Shown one piece after another: positions 34,147 to 40,147 of a DNA stretch of 40,147 bases. The DNA is from a virus (Duplodnaviria > Caudoviricetes), in the IMG/VR virus record IMGVR_UViG_3300042847_000018, positions 1 to 40,147 of that record. One strand, given 5' to 3'. Each line of letters begins with the position of its first letter. Within the stretch, counting starts at the first letter, position 1. The translations under genes were made by a program, and so were the position numbers. The notes beneath the pieces were generated by a model. The model did not search any database and had not been told where the DNA came from. It saw only the letters and a list, made by a program, of their open reading frames with translations.

Positions 34147-34577
34147 ACGGTCTCACCGGGACGGGCCAGGCCGGCGGCCTCCGCCGCGCCGGCGAGATGA
34201 CGGGCCAGGGCCCGCAGAGTCACGCCGGCCCGGTGGCCGTTGCGGTAGCACTGGTCACCGGTGAGCTCACCGGGTTCGCCGAGGAGGCCGGCGACGAGGG
34301 CCTCGCCGAACCGGGCCCGCTCGGCCGGCGACGACGGGGACATCCCGCGCATCCCCGGTTTCGCGCGGCCGGCCTCGACGTGGGCGAGGAGCTCGACGAG
34401 GCGTTCGTGCACGACGAACGCGATGCGGTGCAGGGCGAGCTCGGCGGCCAGGACGTCGCGCCCGGCGACGACGGTGGCCGGCCCGTCGAGCGGGCCGAGG
34501 TGGACCTCGGCGACGAGGACGCCGTTCACCTCGACGGCGCCGGAGGGGTGCACGGTGACCGAGACGGGGGCGTTCAC
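34137..34577 (-). CDS. Hypothetical protein
   Basis: 146 aa, bounded by arrays 6 and 5. Confidence 0.7.
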   Translation of the reverse strand: MNAPVSVTVHPSGAVEVNGVLVAEVHLGPLDGPATVVAGRDVLAAELALHRIAFVVHERLVELLAHVEAGRAKPGMRGMSPSSPAERARFGEALVAGLLGEPGELTGDQCYRNGHRAGVTLRALARHLAGAAEAAGLARPGETVPT

Positions 34578-34927
34578 GACGTCGGCACGTCGGGACGTGG
34601 CGACGTCTCGACGTCGGGATCGGCGCCCCAGGTGAGGGTGATGACGAACCCGGGCGTGACCTCGAGGCGGACCTCGGTCTCCCCACGGAGGGCCGCGTCA
34701 CGAACGGCCGGGCCGATCACCTCGCGGAACGGGAGCGTCGGGCGCATGGCACGCGAGACGACGGCCAGGCCCCGGGCGACCCGGACGTCGGCGTCACTGA
34801 AGGAGCGGTGCCGGCCCGAACCCGGGCGGGCCGGTTGGTCCGGGAGGAGGCCGGCCTCGCACCAACGCAGAACCGTGGCGTCGGAGATGCCGAGCGAGCG
34901 GGCCATCCGGCCGCCGCGCTGGCTCAC
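34574..34927 (-). CDS. MerR-type HTH protein
   Basis: 'MARSLGISDATVLRWCEAGLLP...GSGRHRSFSDADVRV'. Confidence 0.75.
   Translation of the reverse strand: MSQRGGRMARSLGISDATVLRWCEAGLLPDQPARPGSGRHRSFSDADVRVARGLAVVSRAMRPTLPFREVIGPAVRDAALRGETEVRLEVTPGFVITLTWGADPDVETSPRPDVPTS
34579..34618. repeat. ACGT-N4 array 6 (5 units)
   Basis: acgtcggc acgtcggg acgtggcg acgtctcg acgtcggg. Confidence 0.9.
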
Positions 34928-35526
34928 GACGTCGGCACGTCGGCACGTGTCGACGTGGCCACCTCGGCACGTCCCGACGCACCGGCGAGCCAGCCGATAC
35001 CGGCGAGGCCCTCGACGGCCTCGGCCGACCGCTCCGCCGGCGGGCCCTCGACGAGGTGCGCCCGCTCGAGGTGCCAGGCCTTGGCCGGCACCCAACCCGC
35101 GGCGCCGAGCGCGTCCTCGAGCTCGTGGCCCTCCTCGGTCCGGTACCAGACATCGACCACGGTGCGCCGCTCCGCCCAACCGTTCGCCGGGTCCACCACG
35201 AACGGGCGGAGGAGCACGGTGACCGAACCGTCGAGCTCGAGGCGAACCTCATCCGCCCGGCCGTACCGCTCGGCCGTCACCGCGACCCGCTCGGCGGGGA
35301 TCGGTGTCGGCGTGCCTGGCCGCCACAGTCGGCACCATGTCTCGCCGGGCCCGGTGTCGATCTCGTGGCGGACCCGGACGTAGACCCAGACCTCGCCTCC
35401 CGGGCGCCGGCGGAGATGGCCCGGCGGGGAAGGAGCCGGCGGCGGGGGAGGAGCGGGCGGAGGTGGCGGCGGTGGCGGCGTGGGGGGAAGCGGAGGCAGA
35501 GGATGTGCCGGGAGGTCGGTGCCCAT
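34924..35526 (-). CDS. Hypothetical protein with poly-Pro N-terminus
   Basis: MGTDLPAHP...; CATCAT 7 nt upstream; ends DVPTS in array 7. Confidence 0.65.
   Translation of the reverse strand: MGTDLPAHPLPPLPPTPPPPPPPPAPPPPPAPSPPGHLRRRPGGEVWVYVRVRHEIDTGPGETWCRLWRPGTPTPIPAERVAVTAERYGRADEVRLELDGSVTVLLRPFVVDPANGWAERRTVVDVWYRTEEGHELEDALGAAGWVPAKAWHLERAHLVEGPPAERSAEAVEGLAGIGWLAGASGRAEVATSTRADVPTS
34929..34976. repeat. ACGT-N4 array 7 (6 units)
   Basis: acgtcggc acgtcggc acgtgtcg acgtggcc acctcggc acgtcccg. Confidence 0.9.
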
Positions 35527-35556
35527 GGTGGCCATGATGGTCGCCGGCCCGTCACG

Positions 35557-35604
35557 ACGTGGCGATGTCACGACGTGGCCACGTCGGGAGGTGACGACGT
35601 CGGC
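35557..35604. repeat. ACGT-N4 array 8 (6 units)
   Basis: acgtggcg atgtcacg acgtggcc acgtcggg aggtgacg acgtcggc. Confidence 0.9.
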
Positions 35605-36029
35605 GGTGGCCGTCGTAGATCGGGGAGCGGGCCGACGTCGGGGAGCTCGTCTCTGGCCAGCATGGCCCGTTCGCGGAGCTCCTCGAACACGTTGATTCCG
35701 CGGCCTTGCTCGTTGCCGTACATGCACACGTTCGCGAGCCGTTCCATTGTGTCCCTCACCTTCCGCGACGACGTCCCGATGGCCGCCTGGACTGTCGCTT
35801 TGTATTCCTCGAGGGCCTCGTCGACTTGGGCGGAGACGGCCTCGTCGATGGCCTGGCGGGCGGCCTTGGCGGCGGCGAACTCGGCGTCGGCGACCTCGGC
35901 CCGCAACTCCCGCGACGCCTTGCGCATCTCCTTCAGCGCGGAGTGAGCGTCTCTCGTCGCCTCCCGGGCCTCCTCGGTGGCGGTCTCGAGACGGTCGATG
36001 AGGGCGGCGAGGTCGGGAATGCCGGTCAT
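35568..36029 (-). CDS. Coiled-coil hypothetical protein
   Basis: MTGIPDLAALIDRLETATEEAREATRDAH...; ends DVATS in array 8. Confidence 0.7.
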   Translation of the reverse strand: MTGIPDLAALIDRLETATEEAREATRDAHSALKEMRKASRELRAEVADAEFAAAKAARQAIDEAVSAQVDEALEEYKATVQAAIGTSSRKVRDTMERLANVCMYGNEQGRGINVFEELRERAMLARDELPDVGPLPDLRRPPPTSSPPDVATS

Positions 36030-36178
36030 TCGTCGCCGTCCGCCATGCGGCCATGGGCGGCGCGACCGCGGGCCCAGTCCTTGAGACACACGCCGGCGAA
36101 GGCAAGCGTCACGGCCAGCCAAACCATCGCCATGTAGGGGGCGATCTGCCACGCGAGCATCGTGTCAGCCTCCATCAT
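36026..36178 (-). CDS. Small membrane peptide (50 aa)
   Basis: MMEADTMLAWQIAPYMAMVWLAVTLAFAGVCLKDW...; ATGA coupling downstream. Confidence 0.5.
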   Translation of the reverse strand: MMEADTMLAWQIAPYMAMVWLAVTLAFAGVCLKDWARGRAAHGRMADGDE

Positions 36179-36713
36179 TCACCGCCTTCCGGTGGTCACC
36201 CAGGTCGGTCACCGCGCCGATCGCCTCCTCGTCGGTCACGCCGATCACTCGCGCCAGGACCTTGCGGTAAGCGGCGTCGAGCTCGGCGACGATCTCGGCC
36301 TCGTAGGCGAACAGGGCGTGCCGGCGTAGCTCCGCCGGCGTGACCTGGCCGACCTGTTCGTCGTCGACCATGATCTTTACGAACGCCTTGCCCTCGGGGT
36401 TCACGCCGGGTTCGTAGTGCAGCGGGCAGTCTCGGGCGGCGTCATTGGCGGGCCGGTAGTGGCGCAGAGCGGCGACGACCTCGAGGATGGGGGTGAGGGC
36501 CACTCCTCCCGAACGGAGTTGGTCGATGACGGTTTGCTCGTACTCGGCCTCGGCGACGGTCCGCAGGGCTCCCGACGCGTAGCGGCGCAGCTTGAACGGG
36601 GAGAGGGCCCAGGAACGATCACCCTCGAGGGAGACGACCACGGCGTAGGTGCCGTCGTCCCGCGGGTCGGACGTGATCCATAGGCCCTCGGTCTCGTCGG
36701 CGGGCGTGGGCAT
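36165..36713 (-). CDS. Hypothetical protein
   Basis: MPTPADETEGLWITSDPRDDG...; normal composition; CATGCT 7 nt upstream. Confidence 0.7.
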   Translation of the reverse strand: MPTPADETEGLWITSDPRDDGTYAVVVSLEGDRSWALSPFKLRRYASGALRTVAEAEYEQTVIDQLRSGGVALTPILEVVAALRHYRPANDAARDCPLHYEPGVNPEGKAFVKIMVDDEQVGQVTPAELRRHALFAYEAEIVAELDAAYRKVLARVIGVTDEEAIGAVTDLGDHRKAVNDGG

Positions 36714-36744
36714 GGGGGCCAGCATGGCCGACGAGGGCCGTCCT

Positions 36745-36880
36745 CGGCCTGAAGATCACTCCCCTAGGGGTTCCCCGGAGGTGTGCGCTCGACTCCCCGG
36801 CGGTCATACACACTTCAGGCCGAGCGATCGCGACACCCTCTCCCCGGAATCTAGATTCCAGATAGCGCCGCGCAGGGATC
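36745..36880. other. Candidate cos/packaging region
   Basis: Non-coding, lower GC, just downstream of HNH gene; palindromes CCCCTAGGGG (36761-70) and GGAATCTAGATTCC (36846-59). Confidence 0.45.
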
Positions 36881-36930
36881 ACGCTAGCGAGGCCTCGACG
36901 CCGGCCCGCGGATGCTCGAGGACCTGGCCC

Positions 36931-37308
36931 TCAGTCGGCCCGGCCCGTGCCGCCGAACCCGTGCCGTGTGGCCGTCTTGGCGGAGTGATGCGGGTGACAG
37001 AGACCTCGGAGGCGGTGCGGGTCGAGCGGGTCGGGGTCGTAGTCGACGAGCTCGGGTTCGTGGTCGACGTCGACGGCGGCCTCGAGACAGGGCCGGCCGT
37101 CGGCCTCGATCCACGTGCACCATGGGTTCGCGGTGAGGTGGGCGCGGCGAGCTCGGAGCCATTCGGGGGAGGCGTAGAAGCGGTGGCGCCAGTTGCGGTC
37201 GGTGTTGCGGTCGGCCTCGGCGACCGAGGCGCAGGGTGCGCATCGGCCTCGGTTGGTGGCGGGGCGTGGGCATCGGGGGGTGGAGCAGGGCCGGGGTAGC
37301 GGGTCCAT
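36931..37308 (-). CDS. HNH endonuclease (HK97 gp74-like terminase cofactor)
   Basis: 'RPCSTPRCP...GRC', 'FYASPEWLRARRAHL..NPWC', 'DVDH', 'LRGLCHPHHSAKT'. Confidence 0.88.
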   Translation of the reverse strand: MDPLPRPCSTPRCPRPATNRGRCAPCASVAEADRNTDRNWRHRFYASPEWLRARRAHLTANPWCTWIEADGRPCLEAAVDVDHEPELVDYDPDPLDPHRLRGLCHPHHSAKTATRHGFGGTGRAD

Positions 37309-37445
37309 TGGGCGGAGGGTAGGCGGGGGCGGGGGTGGCCGGGGCCCTTGGGGGTGGGGGACTGGTGGAGGGGTGTTCCCCTTGGGGGGTGCCCTTGGGG
37401 GGGTGGTGTGTTGGCCCAGGTCACGGCGTGGTTCTTCAGGAAGGC

Positions 37446-37560
37446 GGGAGCGGTCCGGTGGGGCGCCACTGGCGGTAGGCCTTGACGTGGGGGTACGCTC
37501 CCCGGACGCAGTCCTAGGGGAGCGGCCCCCGGAGCCGGCCAGCGGCGCTCCGCCACTCCC
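37446..37560 (-). ncRNA. Candidate rod-like structured RNA
   Basis: Nested complementary segments (8, 11, 5, 8, 4 bp); two G-U wobbles work only on the minus strand. Confidence 0.4.
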
Positions 37561-37588
37561 GGTGGTTTGCGGGCTCAGGTTCGAGGGC

Positions 37589-37699
37589 TCAGAACGGGGC
37601 GGTGAGGTCACCGCGCTCCGGCCTCGTCGGCGGTGCGACGGGGGGTCGCCGGGGTTTGCCGTAGCCGGGAGCGATACCGAGGGGGGTCCCGGCGTGCAC
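37589..37699 (-). CDS. Possible 36-aa peptide
   Basis: RBS gaggagg 5 nt before GTG; VHAGTPLGIAPGYGKPRRPP... Confidence 0.35.
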   Translation of the reverse strand: MHAGTPLGIAPGYGKPRRPPVAPPTRPERGDLTAPF

Positions 37700-37794
37700 G
37701 TTCGCCTCCTCGGTCACCGGCCCGGGCGTTGGGCCGGCCGCTACGGTGGGCCGGCGTGGGCACCGAGGAGGATGGGGGTTGGCCGGCGGGTGTC

Positions 37795-38127
37795 GTGTTG
37801 ACCGCCGGCGAGGCGGGGCGTTACGACGCGCTGGTCCCGTTGTTGGAGTTCGCGGTGCCGTTGTGGATCCACCATTGGCGGGGGTCGACGCCGTTCACGA
37901 GGACGGGCCGGGCGGCGTATTGCGGTGAGGTGGTGGGCACCCATGGCGACGTGCTGATGTTCCGGTCGCGCCCGGTGCCGGCCCGCACGCTCGAGGGCGG
38001 TGTCGAGGTGGAGGCGGTGCCGGGGACGGGTGAGGTGTTCGACCGTCTGGCGGAGGGGATCGCGTTGGCGGCGTATCAGCCGGGCGGGATTCGCCTGTTC
38101 GGCCACCATTGGGAGGTGCCGGGGTGA
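37795..38127 (+). CDS. Hypothetical protein, paralog A (start uncertain)
   Basis: 'AVPLWIHHW...YCGEVVGTHGD...PGTGEVFDRLAEGIALAAYQPGGIRLFGHHWEVPG'. Confidence 0.7.
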   Translation: MLTAGEAGRYDALVPLLEFAVPLWIHHWRGSTPFTRTGRAAYCGEVVGTHGDVLMFRSRPVPARTLEGGVEVEAVPGTGEVFDRLAEGIALAAYQPGGIRLFGHHWEVPG

Positions 38128-38516
38128 GGGTCGAGGAACGGTTCGATTCGGTGACGGGCTATCCGCGCCGGGCGGAGCGGGACGCGCAGAGTCGGGACGC
38201 GTTCGTGGAGGCGTTGCGGGCGGCGGTGCCGTTGTGGATGGCGCATTGGTGGCGGTGGCCGCCGTCGATCCGTGAGGCGCGGGGCCGCTATTGCGGCCAG
38301 GTCGTGGGGACGTTCGGCGATCGGATTCAGTGGCCGTGCCGGCCGCATCGGCCGCGGGTGGTGCAGGAGGCGACCGAGGATCAGGAGGCGATCGTGCATC
38401 CGGGGTCGCCGGGGACGGCGGAAGCGTTCAACCGTCTCGCCGAGGGCCTGGCCATCGCGGCGTTCGCGCCGGGCGGGGTGACGGCGTTCGGCCAGCATTG
38501 GGAGATGCCGGGGTGA
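38124..38516 (+). CDS. Hypothetical protein, paralog B
   Basis: 'AVPLWMAHW...YCGQVVGTFGD...PGTAEAFNRLAEGLAIAAFAPGGVTAFGQHWEMPG'; GTGA coupling. Confidence 0.75.
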   Translation: MRVEERFDSVTGYPRRAERDAQSRDAFVEALRAAVPLWMAHWWRWPPSIREARGRYCGQVVGTFGDRIQWPCRPHRPRVVQEATEDQEAIVHPGSPGTAEAFNRLAEGLAIAAFAPGGVTAFGQHWEMPG

Positions 38517-38800
38517 TGGCCCGGGAGGATCTCGTCGCGCTGGCCCGGGCGGTGGTGGTGCCGGTCGTGTTGGAGCTCGAGGAGGCGGCCCGGGCGACGG
38601 CGCCCACGCCGATGGTGCCGGCCGAGGTCCGGGCGGTCGCGGTGGCGCTGGCCCGGGCGGTCCTCGACGAGCTCGACCCGGGCGTCGACGTGGAGACGGT
38701 GCGGGAGTTGGCGGGCGGCCGGGTGGTGGCGTTGGTGCGGTCCTCGCCGGGCCTTGAGGCGTCGGCGGCGGCGCATCCCTCGGCCCGGGGCCGGACGTGA
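38516..38800 (+). CDS. Hypothetical protein
   Basis: MAREDLVALARAVV..., TGATG coupling. Confidence 0.6.
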   Translation: MAREDLVALARAVVVPVVLELEEAARATAPTPMVPAEVRAVAVALARAVLDELDPGVDVETVRELAGGRVVALVRSSPGLEASAAAHPSARGRT

Positions 38801-39099
38801 CGGGCCCGGGCCACGCGGCCCCGGAGCTCTACGAATGGGTGTTCTCAGCGAGGCGCCAGAACCGGGTTCTGTGGATCGGCAACGCTCTCCTCGCGGTGGG
38901 TTCCACGGCGATGCTCCTCGACCGCCTGGCCCACGGTGACGCCGTGGGCGTGGTCTGGTTCGGGGCGTTGGCGGCGGCCGGGGTGTACGGCTGTCTCCGG
39001 GCCAGCAGGCACAACAGGGAGCTCGCCGAGCTCTACGAGCGGCGTACCGGCGTCGCGTTCCCGGCCCGGGCTTGGCCCGGGGTCGGGCCTAGGACGTAG
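38797..39099 (+). CDS. Membrane protein (2 TM)
   Basis: Two hydrophobic segments; GTGA coupling. Confidence 0.65.
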   Translation: MTGPGHAAPELYEWVFSARRQNRVLWIGNALLAVGSTAMLLDRLAHGDAVGVVWFGALAAAGVYGCLRASRHNRELAELYERRTGVAFPARAWPGVGPRT

Positions 39100-39331
39100 A
39101 GGGCCGGTTCGCCTCGACGCGGGGCCGGCCGCGCCGGCCTCGACGGGGCGCGCTGGCCCGGGCAGTGGTGCAGGCGGAGCACGCGGGGATGGTCCGCTCG
39201 CCGGCACCGACGTAGGGGGCGCGCCAGTCGTCGTCGGGGATGGCCACGCGGAACGAGGTGTCGGCGGTGCCGGTGCAGATGCCGCGCTCGGCGGGGTGGT
39301 TGAACGGGCAGAGACAGACGCAGGTACGCAT
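39089..39331 (-). CDS. Small Cys-rich protein
   Basis: 'CVCLCPFNH...GICTG...CSAC'. Confidence 0.55.
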   Translation of the reverse strand: MRTCVCLCPFNHPAERGICTGTADTSFRVAIPDDDWRAPYVGAGERTIPACSACTTARASAPRRGRRGRPRVEANRPSTS

Positions 39332-39357
39332 CGCCTTCAGGATGCCAGAGAGGCGGC

Positions 39358-39693
39358 CTACGTGGTGGTCTGAGCGGCGGCGATGACCGAGGCGGGGACG
39401 CGGTGGCGCCATCGCCGGCGGACGGTGATGACCTCGGGGGTGGCGGTGCAGTCGGTGCAGGGGCAGGCGTGGTAGCCCTCGACGAGGCCGGGGGAGACGT
39501 AGAGGGGCCCGTCGGGTTTCACGGGGCCGGGGAGGAACCACGCGGTGATGCTGGCGCCCTCGTCGTGGATCTCGAGGAGGACGAGGATGCGGTCGGGCCA
39601 GGCGAGGGAGATGCCGGCGAAGTAGGCGAGGGCCTCGGGGTCGGTGTCGAGGTGGGCGTCGACCCATCGGTCGGGGGTGAGGACGAGGCGCAC
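39358..39693 (-). CDS. Hypothetical protein with CPCxxC motif
   Basis: 111 aa, 'HACPCTDC'. Confidence 0.6.
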   Translation of the reverse strand: MRLVLTPDRWVDAHLDTDPEALAYFAGISLAWPDRILVLLEIHDEGASITAWFLPGPVKPDGPLYVSPGLVEGYHACPCTDCTATPEVITVRRRWRHRVPASVIAAAQTTT

Positions 39694-39741
39694 GGCGACT
39701 AGCGTGGCATCTCGACGGCGGCCGAACGGCGGAGGGGTCTG

Positions 39742-39882
39742 TTGAGCGGGTGGCGGGTCGTGGGTTTGGTCCTCGTGTTGTGGTGCGTGGCGTCGGTGGC
39801 GTTGGCGGTCGCGTGGGCGAAGGGGTGGATCCGGGCGGAGCCGCCGGGCGGGTGGGCCGACGAGGACGACGAGGAGCTCTAG
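39742..39882 (+). CDS. Small membrane peptide (46 aa)
   Basis: TTG start after RBS ggaggg and TAGCGT (39700-05); LSGWRVVGLVLVLWCVASVALAVAW...DEDDEEL. Confidence 0.5.
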   Translation: MSGWRVVGLVLVLWCVASVALAVAWAKGWIRAEPPGGWADEDDEEL

Positions 39883-40088
39883 GTCGTCGTCGGGGTGTCG
39901 GCGGGGAGGCCTGTGGCGTCCACCTGGCGTTGCAGGGCGTCGCGCACGTGGTCGAGGTTGAACAGGGCGGCGTCGGCGGCGGCGTACCGGACGGGTTGCA
40001 CGGTGAGGGCGGTGAGGTTTTCGCCGTCGTCGACGACGGCGTCGATGTTCACGGTGAACCCGATGATGCGGACCCGGGGGTCGCTCAT
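39879..40088 (-). CDS. Small protein downstream of tail fibre (possible fibre chaperone)
   Basis: 69 aa, ATGA-coupled to the stop at 40085-40087. Confidence 0.7.
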   Translation of the reverse strand: MSDPRVRIIGFTVNIDAVVDDGENLTALTVQPVRYAAADAALFNLDHVRDALQRQVDATGLPADTPTTT

Positions 40089-40147
40089 CCGATGAGGCCG
40101 AGTGAGATGAGGGCGGAACGTAGGAAGTTGGCCAGTGCCATGGTGGT
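40085..40147 (-). CDS. Probable true C-terminus of tail fibre (partial, runs off window end)
   Basis: TTMALANFLRSALISLGLIG*, the kind of terminal helix that follows 'GFYGATP..RPT' in tail fibres. Confidence 0.7.
   Translation of the reverse strand, partial: TTMALANFLRSALISLGLIG

Noticed and set aside
942-37300. Many long plus-strand and Arg/Pro-rich alternative-frame ORFs
   Set aside because: Shadow ORFs expected at very high GC; they overlap well-supported minus-strand genes and have no motifs.
37446-37600. tRNA or SRP RNA
   Set aside because: No cloverleaf with a T-loop in proper context, and no SRP GNRA-loop/domain IV motif at the apex.

Overview
Near-complete, very GC-rich siphovirus genome of about 40 kb, probably infecting an Actinomycetota host, with almost all genes on the minus strand. 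It carries an HK97-type head module (HNH, P27 terS, terL, a portal-gpF fusion, prohead protease, capsid), head-tail and tail genes (major tail, frameshifted chaperones, tape measure, Dit, minor tails), holin and amidase endolysin, and an early operon (HTH, PD-(D/E)XK nuclease, Gp3-like protein, RuvC-like resolvase, DnaB-N/AAA helicase). I found no integrase. Instead there is a ParA plus a small RHH-like partner, and a wHTH initiator containing a perfect DnaA box and palindromic iterons, which points to a phage-plasmid. The most striking feature is eight dispersed arrays of a strictly 8-bp-periodic ACGT-NNNN repeat (5-14 units, mostly G/C spacers). All eight sit at gene 3' ends, one lies over the parA promoter and the longest is near the replication gene. 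This suggests a multi-site centromere/regulon or repeat-delimited gene cassettes. Other oddities are scrambled module order, a candidate rod-shaped ncRNA, tandem paralogs and many putative leaderless promoters. Bases 1-112 duplicate 39871-39982, and the tail-fibre C-terminus appears to wrap around the window end. All family assignments come from motif recognition by eye, not database searches.
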